A stretch of DNA of 60,733 nucleotides, from the NCBI GenBank assembly GCA_018992565.1, contig JACVGW010000008.1, positions 1 to 60,733 of the forward strand, in the 5' to 3' direction. Below, piece by piece: positions 29,318 to 40,324 of this stretch. The position numbers and the translations under genes are program-made. The notes below the pieces were generated by a model. It saw nothing but the letters and a program-made list of their open reading frames with translations. It searched no databases and was not told the DNA's origin. The DNA is from Theionarchaea archaeon. Lineage in GTDB: Archaea; Methanobacteriota_B; Thermococci; Methanofastidiosales; SZ-28-30. Position 1 is the first letter of the stretch. Each line of letters starts with the position of its first letter.

Positions 29318-29489
29318 AAAGACTGACACAGTTCATTTACATGGATTAGTAACAATTAATAGCATTATTTGAGAACACTCTTGTACTGATAGTGCAGAGC
29401 CCTCGTCATACTCTAGAGCCTATGCAAAAGGGTGAGTGCATGGCAAGGGACCACGCACTCTGCGGTGAGTGAATTAGCCTTGATTGCAG

Positions 29490-30593
29490 CTAGATCAGGA
29501 ATTTCCCATTCTCGTAGAATAGCTCTCCGTCAGCAAAGATCTTTCCACCATTTCTCATGTCTTTCAACATATCCCAGTGTATGGCCGACATGTTCTCACT
29601 GCCGGTCTCTGGAATTCCTCTCCCCAGTGCCATGTGTATAGTCCCGCCCATCTTCTCATCGAAAAGCATGTCCTTGGTGAAGCGGGTGACTTCATAATTG
29701 GTTCCAATTGCGACTTCTCCAACTTTGTTTGACCCATCGTCCAGTCCCACCATCTGACGAAGCAGGTCTTCTCCTTTCCTGGCCCTGGCTTCTGTCACTA
29801 CTCCTTTCTTGAAGGTCAGTCTGATGTCTTCCACTTCATTGCCGCTGTAAATTGCAGGATAGGTGAACCTGATGGTACCTTCAGCCGAATCCTCATGCGG
29901 ACCAGTGAACACTTCCCCATCGGGCATGTTCTTTTTCCCGTCTGCATTTATCCAGATACGCCCCTTGACAGCAAAAGTAATATCTGTGTCTTCTCCGACG
30001 TAGCGGAGTTCCGATTTCTTACTCAGGTAATCCACGATCTTCTGCTGTAATTTAGAGACTTTTAGCCATTCTTTCTTTGGATCATCAGCATGGGCAAAAC
30101 AGGCCTTGTAAACGAAGTCTTCGTAGTCTATCAGATTCATGGAAGCTTCCTGTGCCATTGATTCTGTGGGAAAAGGTACCAGGTTCCAGGATAGTTCTCC
30201 TTTCTTGATCCGCTCTGACATGATTTCGGAAATCTCTCTTCGTGATGCAACGTTCTTGGCTATCTTCCCTGTTTCCACATTTGCTAGATGCTTGGGGTTC
30301 CGCTCTGACTTTACCCTGATGAGAATGTCTGCTTTCTCTACTGAAAGCTTGGAAAGTGAGGAAACGTGCTCCAGTTGATGGTCTTTCCCGTAACGAAACT
30401 GGATATCATCCAATCGCTCATCCAGGAATATCACTGAAGGGTAGGCTTCAGCCAGCAGAACATGCTTGTACAGGTGTTCAATTAAGGGATAGGAAATGGT
30501 AGGCCCAATAATGAAAATTTCCTGTTTCCTCTGTGCACTCACCGAATAGTTGACGATGAGTTCTGCCAGTCGTTCGATTCTAATGTCTGCCAT
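29490..30593 (-). CDS. Aminopeptidase, M29 (AmpS/AmpT) family
   Basis: NMPDGEVFT, GEVAIG, LFDEKMGGTIHMALG, SAIHWDM. Confidence 0.95.
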   Translation of the reverse strand: MADIRIERLAELIVNYSVSAQRKQEIFIIGPTISYPLIEHLYKHVLLAEAYPSVIFLDERLDDIQFRYGKDHQLEHVSSLSKLSVEKADILIRVKSERNPKHLANVETGKIAKNVASRREISEIMSERIKKGELSWNLVPFPTESMAQEASMNLIDYEDFVYKACFAHADDPKKEWLKVSKLQQKIVDYLSKKSELRYVGEDTDITFAVKGRIWINADGKKNMPDGEVFTGPHEDSAEGTIRFTYPAIYSGNEVEDIRLTFKKGVVTEARARKGEDLLRQMVGLDDGSNKVGEVAIGTNYEVTRFTKDMLFDEKMGGTIHMALGRGIPETGSENMSAIHWDMLKDMRNGGKIFADGELFYENGKFLI

Positions 30594-30736
30594 ACTTGTA
30601 CCATCATGCAGTGATATATAAGATTATTGTTTTAGTTTTCTGTTGATATTATCCAAGCTAGCAAATAACAATGAAGGTTGGAGTAGCAGGTGTTCACCAC
30701 ACTCACATTCAAGAGAAAGAGAAAACAGCCACTTCG

Positions 30737-31588
30737 CTAATACTCTGCCAGCGTCCCCTCTCTCCTCACTTTCTTATCAACGACCTGAAACATGAGTAAC
30801 CCAGAAACGATCCAGCACACCCCAATGAGTATTAATCGGGAGTAGGAATCCCACAGCCCCACTCCCATTGTCTCATCAATCAGGAAATGACGAATCCCTG
30901 TAATGGCATACGTGGTAGGCATGGTCAGAGATATCTTCTGGAGCAAGGGGGGGAGTACAGCCAAAGGATACGCAATTGGTGTTACAATGGTAATCAGCGA
31001 GTATAGAACCTCTGAGACAATCCATCCTTCCTTGAATATCAAGGCCAGGCCAGAAACCATTAACCCCAACCCCACCAGTGAGAAAAGCATGAGCCCGATA
31101 AACACCAAAACAGGGAGAACACCCTGGACATGCAGGATTACACCAAACAACACATACACCACTGCGATCTGGAAAAACAAGATTATTCCCTGATGAACCG
31201 TAGAGTGGAGGGCCATACCAAGAACGTATACCCATCGGGGAACTGGAGCAACAAATATGGATTCTAATGTCCCATACCACTGCTCCTTCCTCAGCGCAAA
31301 TCCCATGCCCCACACTGCTGTATTCAGAAATCCCATGAAGATATATCCAATTATAGTATATGTAACACCATCTGAAACCCCTGTTAGCCCTTCCAGGACG
31401 GAGGATGTTCTCCCTCCCACCAGAGCCATTGCAAACAAGACATAGGGGAATACAAAAATCAAGGGTTCAAGCATCCCCCTGACAAAGTCTACCCTGTATG
31501 TTAACTCAATCTTCCATTCTTTCATATTCTCAGCATTCATGGCACGCAGGTACCGAACAATCCGATCAGTACTGAGCAACAGATCCAC
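30737..31588 (-). CDS. ABC-2 type permease
   Basis: EQWYGTLESIFVAP, YPLAVLP; six TM segments. Confidence 0.9.
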   Translation of the reverse strand: MDLLLSTDRIVRYLRAMNAENMKEWKIELTYRVDFVRGMLEPLIFVFPYVLFAMALVGGRTSSVLEGLTGVSDGVTYTIIGYIFMGFLNTAVWGMGFALRKEQWYGTLESIFVAPVPRWVYVLGMALHSTVHQGIILFFQIAVVYVLFGVILHVQGVLPVLVFIGLMLFSLVGLGLMVSGLALIFKEGWIVSEVLYSLITIVTPIAYPLAVLPPLLQKISLTMPTTYAITGIRHFLIDETMGVGLWDSYSRLILIGVCWIVSGLLMFQVVDKKVRREGTLAEY

Positions 31589-32396
31589 TTCTCCTCACCT
31601 TCTTTTCCATGTGATGAAAAATCAGATATCCCACTGTTACGAATATCACGTCCAGGAGAGCCAACAACCCCACATATTTCCAGAGGCTGGACATGGGCTG
31701 GTTCAGTAACCATATGCCTCTAATGGCAAGCAAGGCATACGTCAACGGAATCACCAGTGAGACAGTGGCAATCACTGGGTTAATTCCCACAGGATACCGT
31801 ATAGGTGAGAACAGGTAGAACAAATATTCTATGGTATGAACCAATGACCTGCTCTCCTTTATCTGGAGCGTTACTCCTGCGAGAGCGATAGCCATCCCGT
31901 ACAGTCCTACAACCAGCAGCAGCATCACCAGCAGAATCGGCAATATTTTGCCCATAGTCAATGTCAACCCAAATCCAAAAACGCATATTATAACCTGGGT
32001 GGTAACGAAAAAGGTTGAAGAAATAGACTCACTGAGTGCTTTCCCCATCAATATAGAAATCTTACGAGCAGGACTTCCCAGTATATACTCCAGAGTACCC
32101 CAGTACGACTCCATACGGATATTCCCCCCCATCCCATACAAAGAAGAGAATAAATACGTGGATATGATTGCTCCTGTTAATATGAACGGGACAAATTGCT
32201 CTGTCCCTGCCAGTTCCTTGAACTGAGCACTGGTGACACCTCCCACTAATGCTTGTCCCTGAAAAATAAATGGAATAACCCACAGCACGGGGAAAATAGC
32301 CCAGAACATGATTTCTACCGGGTAACATAACAGAATCTTTATGTTCTTCTTGATTTCCTCTTTGATGAGAAAGAGATCATTGCCCATCGTCCTCAC
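31566..32396 (-). CDS. ABC-2 type permease
   Basis: ESYWGTLEYILGSP, IPLTYAL; six TM segments. Confidence 0.9.
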   Translation of the reverse strand: MRTMGNDLFLIKEEIKKNIKILLCYPVEIMFWAIFPVLWVIPFIFQGQALVGGVTSAQFKELAGTEQFVPFILTGAIISTYLFSSLYGMGGNIRMESYWGTLEYILGSPARKISILMGKALSESISSTFFVTTQVIICVFGFGLTLTMGKILPILLVMLLLVVGLYGMAIALAGVTLQIKESRSLVHTIEYLFYLFSPIRYPVGINPVIATVSLVIPLTYALLAIRGIWLLNQPMSSLWKYVGLLALLDVIFVTVGYLIFHHMEKKVRRSGSVAQY

Positions 32397-33387
32397 CTGT
32401 CAGGCGTGCTCCCGTAAGATGTATGAATACGTCCTCGAGAGTGGGTTTGGAAACATTCATAGAGAGAATCCTGGCTGAGTGTGAAGCCTGTATCACCTCT
32501 GACATGATATCCTCCACATTTTCTGCATGAATGCGGTAGATGGTCACTCCCTCTGCAGAATCTGCATAGACTCTCTGTCCAATACCAGAAAAATCAGCAT
32601 GTCCCAGGCATTTAACTTCCAGGACCTCGTCCTGGGGGATTTTCCTCTTGAGAGCTTCGGGAGTATCCACAGCCACTATTTTCCCCTCGTTCATGATGGC
32701 AATGCGGTCGCACAGCTGGTCCGCTTCATCCATGTAGTGGGTGGTGAGTACAATTGTCTTGCCCTGCTTCTGATTCAAGTCCTTCTTTATGAAAGAGCGG
32801 ATAAACCGTGAAAATGACGGGTCCAGCCCCAGGGTGGGCTCATCCAGTAAGAGGACAGGAGGATCATGAATCAATGCTCTGGAAATAGACACTTTCTGAC
32901 GCATCCCTGTAGAATACTTCTCAATGCGCTCATGTTGCCTTTCTTCCAGCCCCATGATTTTCATAAGGTAGTCGATTCGCTTGTCTGCTTCCTCACTGGA
33001 CAATCCATACAGAGCAGCAAAATACTTGAGGTTGTCTCTTCCTGACAACTTCCAGTAGAGTGTCCGTTCTCCTCCTGTGGTAATCCCCAGACATTCCCTT
33101 GCAGCAATGGGATCTTCCACAATATCATGTCCATTGATACTGACATTCCCACTGTTGGGAAGGAGAAGGGTTGATAAGCACTTCACCAGAGTGGTCTTCC
33201 CCGCACCATTTGGGCCCAGTAACCCGAATAATTCTCCCTCGTGTACCGCCAGGTCAACACCATTTACCGCATGAATATACTCATCACGAGTTATCTTTGG
33301 ACCTATACCATATTTGCGTCGGCCCTTTTTCTTGAAAGTCTTCACAATATCCTGTGCTAGTATGGCACGCTCTGATTTTAATCCCAT
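32377..33387 (-). CDS. ABC transporter ATP-binding protein
   Basis: GPNGAGKTT, YSTGMRQ, LLLDEPT, TTHYMDEA. Confidence 0.95.
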   Translation of the reverse strand: MGLKSERAILAQDIVKTFKKKGRRKYGIGPKITRDEYIHAVNGVDLAVHEGELFGLLGPNGAGKTTLVKCLSTLLLPNSGNVSINGHDIVEDPIAARECLGITTGGERTLYWKLSGRDNLKYFAALYGLSSEEADKRIDYLMKIMGLEERQHERIEKYSTGMRQKVSISRALIHDPPVLLLDEPTLGLDPSFSRFIRSFIKKDLNQKQGKTIVLTTHYMDEADQLCDRIAIMNEGKIVAVDTPEALKRKIPQDEVLEVKCLGHADFSGIGQRVYADSAEGVTIYRIHAENVEDIMSEVIQASHSARILSMNVSKPTLEDVFIHLTGARLTGEDDGQ

Positions 33388-36308
33388 TGCAAATCCCTCA
33401 AAACTCTGTATGCTTGCGATTCCTCCAGAGAGCGTGCTGCCACAACGTAATTGAATTCACTGACCTGGCTGTTTCCAGGGATATTCCGTTTTTGAGGAGT
33501 GAATACATGGGCGCCATCCTTTTCCATATCAAGTGTGTAGATACTGTTTCCCAGTACTGTCAGGAATGTTGATGATCCCTGGACTGCAGCCCATTCTCTG
33601 CAGACAGAAGCACCTCCATAGGGGGTCCTCTTTCTCTGAACTAGCTGGGGCCTATTGTAGTACAGAGTAGCATTCGCCAGAGAGCCATCTGGCTGTACAT
33701 AGAATGACATTCCCGAATACAGAGAATGAGGGGCTGACGTCAGATTCTTCAGAGTGTGACAGATGGCCAGGATATTACTGTATCCTGTGGTCAGATACGA
33801 GGTTTCCACCTGTATTCCTTTGATTTCCTGGAGAGTGGATGTCACTGTGACGCCCTTCCATGAAATATCGTGCACTTTTCTTTCCGTAATGCTGTAACTG
33901 AAATCCTCTTTGTGCATTCTGCCGGGAAAATCTCTTTTCTCTGCAAAAACAATGGGATGGATCCCACCATACCAGGGGCGGAGCCAGCCTAGCTGCTTGA
34001 TCTCTGGATATGGGGTCAGGAGGTGGTTGACATCAGTTCCCCAAAATATGACCGATCCGTAGTAGGATGGAGCAACTTCAAAACGATATAACCCATTATC
34101 CACCTGTATGGTGCCTCCTTCATCAAGAAGGACTTTACTCTCCTTTTTCCCTGCCCTAACAACTGTTACTGGAATTTCTCTGGAGAAAAGGTCTGTCTCC
34201 ACCTGCAGAGACTGCTTCGCAATACCGATGTCTGATGTCTCAAAGGTAGCTTCAAAGACAAACGGTGATCCTCTCGACACCTGGAAAGGTTGTGTGTTCA
34301 CGGTCCCCTTCAGGGGCCTCTTTCGCCTATTGGAAAGGGTGAAGTGTGCAGTAATCATATCCTCAGCAGTCATAACCAGAGATGGGTTGACACTCCATAT
34401 GCCCTGAGGTTCTGCAGGTGGGGCCGTCACATTATGCAGCATGGACCAGGTCTTCCTAACGTCTTTCCATGTCCCTCTTCCCACATATAGGTACAGAGGA
34501 TGCAAGTTCCGTGTGTCCATAATAATCCCTGGAAATGAATAGCTTCTCAGGTTTATTTTCGCGCACTTCTCCCATATGACACCAAAAGCACTCTCGTCCT
34601 CTTGGTAACACATCCACTGTTCCTTATATGCTCCTGGGTTCTCAGGAAGGTCTCCATGACCCAGAGGAAAGTCCTCCTCCACTGTTGGCTCTGAAACAAA
34701 CCCCTCTTTCAGAGGCAGCGTCAGTATTCCACCAGCCCCACTGGTTTCTCCGCCGAACTGCACATAGACATCTCTTTGTGGAGTAAAAGAGTATTCCATC
34801 TTGATCATGGGGCCGGCATCCATTTCCAGCCTGCGGACGAGGGTTGTACTATGCTTTTTGGAGTAAGCAGTAAATTCTGCACGTACTTTACCATTTCGCT
34901 GCTGCATTCTCACCGTATACGGTGTTTTGAATAATTCTGAGGGCCAGTATGGGGGCCCCAACTCGTCACTGACAAATTTGATCACTGTCTCATGAGTGTT
35001 CTTATCATAAACAGAAGTCTTTCCTCCTGCCAGTGAGACAATGATTCTGGCTTGAAGGTTTTCAAGAATAACCTCTTTCCCCTTCTGCATGATGACAGCA
35101 CCTCCCGTGGTCACCCGCACCGGCACTGTGTGAACAGGCAGAGAATTCTCCACGACAAATTGCAGCTCACAGTCAGTGACTGCATGAAAAGAAAAGGGGA
35201 TACCCTCGCTGTAACCAGGAGATATACTGAAGGGATGAGACTCACCAGTGGTGTAACAGGTGATCATTCCTTCAACCTGTACGTGCTTATTATTCTTGAG
35301 TATCACCGTGATACACTGCTCTCCTGGGGTGATAACGACATATTCAGGGAAGGTAGTAACCTGCACTCCATGAACCACCCGCAATCCGGAAACCAGGGGG
35401 AGGACTCTTCCATTGACAATGACATCAGTCATGAGCTGGTGAGGAGGTTCCTCTTTTTTCCTGATTTCAATGTCTGGATCAATGGATACTGTGGCTGTCA
35501 CTACCTTGGTATCAGAGACGGTGAAGGAATCTCTGAAGTCTATCGTAATGCCTTCATCTCCATGGGATATCACTGCAACATCCAGAGATGTGGGCGTCTT
35601 GTTTCGTATTTCCCAGGTTACGGAAGATTCTTCTCCAGCAAATGCAGGTCCCACTTTCTGCGAAATGGCAAAATCATTGTTTTCGAACTGAGTGACCCCT
35701 CCAGATTCTGCATCAATTACTATGTGCAGGATATCTCCATCTTCCTCCCAGTGATAGGGGTATACTCCATTAAAATCATCCTCTTCAACTTCCAATTCCC
35801 TCTTGAAGGTGGCATACCAGTTGTGCTTCTGGAAGAAGGGTCTGGCCACCTGGAGGTTCAAGATGAGAGGAAGGAAATTCCTCATGTACACCAGGGTCTT
35901 GGGAACCCAGAAAAATCCTGTCTTCTTATACAGCGGGACTGCCTTCATATTGCCTGACCAGGTATGGAGGTCAAGCCTCTTACTCCCGAGCTGGGTGGCT
36001 TTCTCCACACAGGTAATGAGGAGATCTCTTCCGTATCCTCTCCCGTGATGGGTGGGAACGACATTAAGAAAGTCCACATACAAGACATTGGTGTCTCTCC
36101 AGAATTCGGTGATTTCAGCAATTCCCACGATAGCTGCATCATCCCATGCGCAGTATGTTGCAAGTGTATTTTCTCTCTTTCTATCTTCCAGTAGGCCCTC
36201 TGCAGTGAAGTCCATGCCATGGGTGAATCCCCCTGGCCACGCCTCATCGCTGGCATTCATCATATCGGCGAGCTTCTGGGCATCTTCATTGTGGAATTCT
36301 TTAATCAT
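33378..36308 (-). CDS. Large protein with N-terminal GNAT acetyltransferase domain
   Basis: LNVVPTHHGRGYG and N.KAVPLYKKTGF GNAT motifs; about 800 further aa of beta-rich sequence. Confidence 0.85.
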   Translation of the reverse strand: MIKEFHNEDAQKLADMMNASDEAWPGGFTHGMDFTAEGLLEDRKRENTLATYCAWDDAAIVGIAEITEFWRDTNVLYVDFLNVVPTHHGRGYGRDLLITCVEKATQLGSKRLDLHTWSGNMKAVPLYKKTGFFWVPKTLVYMRNFLPLILNLQVARPFFQKHNWYATFKRELEVEEDDFNGVYPYHWEEDGDILHIVIDAESGGVTQFENNDFAISQKVGPAFAGEESSVTWEIRNKTPTSLDVAVISHGDEGITIDFRDSFTVSDTKVVTATVSIDPDIEIRKKEEPPHQLMTDVIVNGRVLPLVSGLRVVHGVQVTTFPEYVVITPGEQCITVILKNNKHVQVEGMITCYTTGESHPFSISPGYSEGIPFSFHAVTDCELQFVVENSLPVHTVPVRVTTGGAVIMQKGKEVILENLQARIIVSLAGGKTSVYDKNTHETVIKFVSDELGPPYWPSELFKTPYTVRMQQRNGKVRAEFTAYSKKHSTTLVRRLEMDAGPMIKMEYSFTPQRDVYVQFGGETSGAGGILTLPLKEGFVSEPTVEEDFPLGHGDLPENPGAYKEQWMCYQEDESAFGVIWEKCAKINLRSYSFPGIIMDTRNLHPLYLYVGRGTWKDVRKTWSMLHNVTAPPAEPQGIWSVNPSLVMTAEDMITAHFTLSNRRKRPLKGTVNTQPFQVSRGSPFVFEATFETSDIGIAKQSLQVETDLFSREIPVTVVRAGKKESKVLLDEGGTIQVDNGLYRFEVAPSYYGSVIFWGTDVNHLLTPYPEIKQLGWLRPWYGGIHPIVFAEKRDFPGRMHKEDFSYSITERKVHDISWKGVTVTSTLQEIKGIQVETSYLTTGYSNILAICHTLKNLTSAPHSLYSGMSFYVQPDGSLANATLYYNRPQLVQRKRTPYGGASVCREWAAVQGSSTFLTVLGNSIYTLDMEKDGAHVFTPQKRNIPGNSQVSEFNYVVAARSLEESQAYRVLRDLQWD

Positions 36309-37524
36309 AAAATCACCTGAGAAGGTCTTGAGCTTTACAACTTAAGGAAAACTGCCAGAGTATTATTCAAAACACAATCATGTGCAGCACCTTCACCCTC
36401 AGAGGTAGTCTTCTTTATAAACATTTCGATAACGATAACCTAAAGACCGCAAGTGGCAGAGAGACATGTAACAAAAGCAAGCAGAGAGATGGGTGACATA
36501 GACACTGAATTGGAAATCGTCTCTTTCAGAAGAGGATGACAATCGTTTCTCATGTTCTCTGAGGACAACTGTTCTTGTAATACTGTCTTGTGGTCATCAC
36601 AATAGTGATAGGAGCAATACGATCCAGTACGGTAATTTCAGCAGCCATTTGACGTGTACACTTGTACACCGCAAGATTCTTAAATAGTACTATCGGCAGT
36701 GGGAATATGATTATTTGGCGCAATGAAAAGAGATCGACCTACAGACTCCATCTCTTCCTAGGAGCATTGATAGCCCAGGCCAAAACCAGCAGTCAGCTCT
36801 CGAATCTTGTTAGAAACCACTTTACCGCGTTCGTGGTATGGACATTATTCCTCATGGCTGTGGATATGAGAAATCGGCCTCAGTCTAGGCAACAGAGAGA
36901 TATTTTGTCTCGGAACAGTACCTTGTCATGCAGCATGGATTCTGTGCATGACACATCCCTCCTCAGGCGACTCCATAGAAGTACTTCAATGCTGGCACCC
37001 AAGACAAAGAATGTGGAAATGTCAGTCTTTCCTCTGTGCTGTCTGTGCCTGCAGCACGTATCGTATGCTGTTGGTAGACTGGGCAATCACCTCCTAATCA
37101 TATTGCGCCGAGTGATCCCAAGCAGAGGGTCTGCGAAACACTGGCCAATCTTTCGCCCTCCTTTCACACCTCCTGAGACCCTCTGCACTTCTTCTATCTT
37201 CCCCAGCCCTTCACTGTGAGAATTGGGGTTCGCTCNNNNNNNNNNNNNNNNNNNNNNNNNNNNNNNNNNNNNNNNNNNNNNNNNNNNNNNNNNNNNNNNN
37301 NNNNNNNNNNNNNNNNNNNNNNNNNNNNNNNNNNNTCGAATTGTTTTCGCGAAACTCGGTGGATAAAAGAAGTGGAGTCTGAGAGACGGAAAAGAGATCT
37401 AGGAGTTATATACGGCCTGGGAACTCAAGCAACTGTCGTAGTACGTGGTATCTGTAGAGATAGGATGAAGCAAAGGAGGGCAATCCATATATTATTCGAC
37501 TCTTCTTGAGTAGCAGGTGATACC

Positions 37525-38889
37525 ATGGGTTCCTCGTCTATTTACTCTGGCGCATCTCCAGAAAAAGTGGCAGAAGACCTGCAGCCTCTGGTGGACTTTC
37601 AGGATGCAGGACTATCCCCCGATGAGTTGGAATCTCTCGTTGAAGAACGGTTAATCCCTCACCTCATGAAATATGATTCCCCTGGATTCCAATCCATGTT
37701 CAATATCCTTCCAGAAAAAGGAGCGAAATACGGAGGGTATATTACATTGAAGTACAACCAGGGGGTGACAAACTGGCAGGTCTCCCCGGGAGGTGCAGTA
37801 CTTGAAGAATTGTGCTGTAGGAAATTGATTGATCTTCTTGGGTTATGTCCCGCAGGTGACGGGACATTTATGTACTCGGGGACGTATGCCAACCAGGAAG
37901 CAGTATACCTGGCTCTCCACTGGAAGGCAGAGAAAGATGGATTCAATTTGGGTGAAAAGGGCCTGATGGGATTTCCTAATCCCAGAGCCCTCGCTGTAGC
38001 AGTATCTACGGATGCCCATTTCTCCATGAGACACGCAGTCCGCATGCTGGGACTGGGAGAGGAGAGTCTGATTTCTGTTCCCGTCGACAAGAACAGGAGA
38101 ATGGACAGCGGAGTGCTCGAAGACAGTGTGGACGCCACTGAGAAAGAGATAGTCTGTGTAGTGGCTACTGCGGGCACTACTGCCACTGGTTCAGTTGACA
38201 ATATCCCCCCTATAGCAGAAATATGTAAGAAGGCCGGAGCATGGCTTCACGTGGATGGAGCATATGGTCTGGCGTATAAGCTCGTCCCGGAGTGGAGTTC
38301 TCTGTTTGCAGGTGTTGAACTGGCGGATTCCGTGTCGTGGGACCCTCACAAACAAATGGGAATTCCCATCCCGAATTCGCTATTGTTTGTACGCCGAAAA
38401 GAAGATTTCGAGAGAATGAGTATACATTCTCACTATTTCAATCGTGAAGAGGATGTTGGGCCAAATCCGGGGCTGAAATCACCCCCCTCTACTCGCCCTA
38501 TGTCTGCATTATCTATGGTGACGTCAATAAGGTACCAGGGGCTAAAAAAAGTTGTGGAGCGCCTCCGTTCCCCTTTAATAGCTGTAAGAGATGCATATGA
38601 AACGATACGAGAAGATCCAGATATTGAAGTCTGCCATTACCCAGATACCGGGATACTGTGTTTCAGGATTGCTCCCCCGGATATTCCCAGGGATCAGCTG
38701 AATCAATTGCAGATGTATATCTACACCAGGATCACACAAGAAGGTCAGAGGTATATCTCAGTAACGCGTCTTGAAGATACTACTGTTCTGCGTCTTGTGG
38801 CTCTTTCTCCACAAGTTACCTGTGAGGCTTTACTGGAGACTGTTGCTGCTGTGAGGGATGTGGCAGGAGAGTATCAATTTATGTACTAG
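37525..38889 (+). CDS. PLP-dependent group II amino-acid decarboxylase
   Basis: AHFS, TAGTTATGSVD, WLHVDGAYG, ADSVSWDPHK. Confidence 0.92.
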   Translation: MGSSSIYSGASPEKVAEDLQPLVDFQDAGLSPDELESLVEERLIPHLMKYDSPGFQSMFNILPEKGAKYGGYITLKYNQGVTNWQVSPGGAVLEELCCRKLIDLLGLCPAGDGTFMYSGTYANQEAVYLALHWKAEKDGFNLGEKGLMGFPNPRALAVAVSTDAHFSMRHAVRMLGLGEESLISVPVDKNRRMDSGVLEDSVDATEKEIVCVVATAGTTATGSVDNIPPIAEICKKAGAWLHVDGAYGLAYKLVPEWSSLFAGVELADSVSWDPHKQMGIPIPNSLLFVRRKEDFERMSIHSHYFNREEDVGPNPGLKSPPSTRPMSALSMVTSIRYQGLKKVVERLRSPLIAVRDAYETIREDPDIEVCHYPDTGILCFRIAPPDIPRDQLNQLQMYIYTRITQEGQRYISVTRLEDTTVLRLVALSPQVTCEALLETVAAVRDVAGEYQFMY

Positions 38890-38929
38890 GTAGAAGGAGA
38901 GAAGCTAAAGGAATGAGACAGGTGAGACT

Positions 38930-39451
38930 ATGTTAATTTCAGTAGGTTCAAAAAATCCAGTGAAGGTAAGGGCTGTCGTAGAGGCAACAAGAAATGTGTG
39001 GCCTCATGTTGATGTCGTGGCAGTTGAGATTTCAGGAGGAGTGAGTGAGCAGCCCACCTCGGATAGAGAGGCCATCACAGGTGCTGCTTATAGAGCTCAG
39101 ATGTCACTTGATGGTACAGATGCGGACATGGGTGTGGGGCTCGAAGGATTTATTGTTGATACCGAATATGGAATGTTTGCCTCATGCTGGGTGGTAATAA
39201 GGGATAGAAAAGGATGCACGGGAATTGGGGGAGGGGGAAAGCTCCTCCTACCTGAAAGAGTAGCTGCAGAGGTCAGAAGTGGAAAAGAACTGGGTCCTGT
39301 GATAGATGAATTGCTTGGCGAATGTAACACGAAACAGAAGCAGGGTGCTGTGGGTACCTTTACTCAAAATCTGATAACCAGGCAGGCAGCCTTTGAGCAC
39401 AGCGTCATTCTTGCTCTGGCACCCTTCATTGCACCGGATTACTACCCTTAA
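38930..39451 (+). CDS. yjjX: Inosine/xanthosine triphosphatase (DUF84)
   Basis: VGSKNPVK, GVSEQP, GVGLEG, ELG, GAVGTFT. Confidence 0.9.
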   Translation: MLISVGSKNPVKVRAVVEATRNVWPHVDVVAVEISGGVSEQPTSDREAITGAAYRAQMSLDGTDADMGVGLEGFIVDTEYGMFASCWVVIRDRKGCTGIGGGGKLLLPERVAAEVRSGKELGPVIDELLGECNTKQKQGAVGTFTQNLITRQAAFEHSVILALAPFIAPDYYP

Positions 39452-39562
39452 ATTTCAATCGAAGGTTTGACCCTTCTATCTGGAACGTCACGTAATGGAA
39501 GGGATATATTCATATTGTATAAAACCCATCAAACGCAAAGAATTACTATTACCGGTGTCTCC

Positions 39563-40228
39563 ATGAAAATCTTAATTATCAATCCCAACAGTGACCAGGA
39601 AATGACAAGAAAGATCCAGAACACTGCTGATACCTTTGCTTCGGGTCGCTACGAGGTAACCTGCGTATCGACACCTGGGGCTCCCTCTTTTATTGAAACG
39701 TACGAAGATCAAATCACAGCAGCTCCTGGCATGATTAGCCTCGTGAGAGACCATCAGGAGTGCGATGCATTCGTTGTGGCATGCCACTGTGACCCCAACC
39801 TGGATGTACTTAAAGAGATAACCAGAAAACCTGTGGTGGGGATTGGAGAAGCCTCCATGAAAATGGCATCCATGCTGGGACACAAGTTCTCTGTTCTTTC
39901 TGCCACAGAGTATTCCATCCCTAGTAAGGAGGTACTGATTCAGAAATATCACCTGGAAAGGAGTCTGGCTTCAATACGAGTCCCCGAGATCGCGGGCACG
40001 GAAGAAGAGAGATATTTCAGAGCAGCAGAGGAAGCCATAACTGAAGATATGGCAGAGGTCATCGTATTGGGATGTGCAGGGATGACAGGGTTGGATAAGA
40101 GACTGCAGAGGAAACTGGGGGTTCCAGTTTTGGATGGCGTGATATGTGCTCTTATCATTGCCAGAGGGCTCATCGAATATGGGGTTTCACACAGTAAGGG
40201 CAGGCAGGGCCATGTACCAGGCTCGTGA
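39563..40228 (+). CDS. Hydantoin/allantoin racemase (Asp/Glu racemase superfamily)
   Basis: ILIINPNS, ACHCDP, PVVGIGEAS, LGCAGM, PVLDG. Confidence 0.9.
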   Translation: MKILIINPNSDQEMTRKIQNTADTFASGRYEVTCVSTPGAPSFIETYEDQITAAPGMISLVRDHQECDAFVVACHCDPNLDVLKEITRKPVVGIGEASMKMASMLGHKFSVLSATEYSIPSKEVLIQKYHLERSLASIRVPEIAGTEEERYFRAAEEAITEDMAEVIVLGCAGMTGLDKRLQRKLGVPVLDGVICALIIARGLIEYGVSHSKGRQGHVPGS

Positions 40229-40324
40229 ATTCCACCCGTGCTTGCGTTCTACTCGTCCTTCAGGATCTCTCTGTTCTGCTCATGCTCTTCAATAGTGATT
40301 TCTCCCTTGCCTCTTTCAAGAGGA

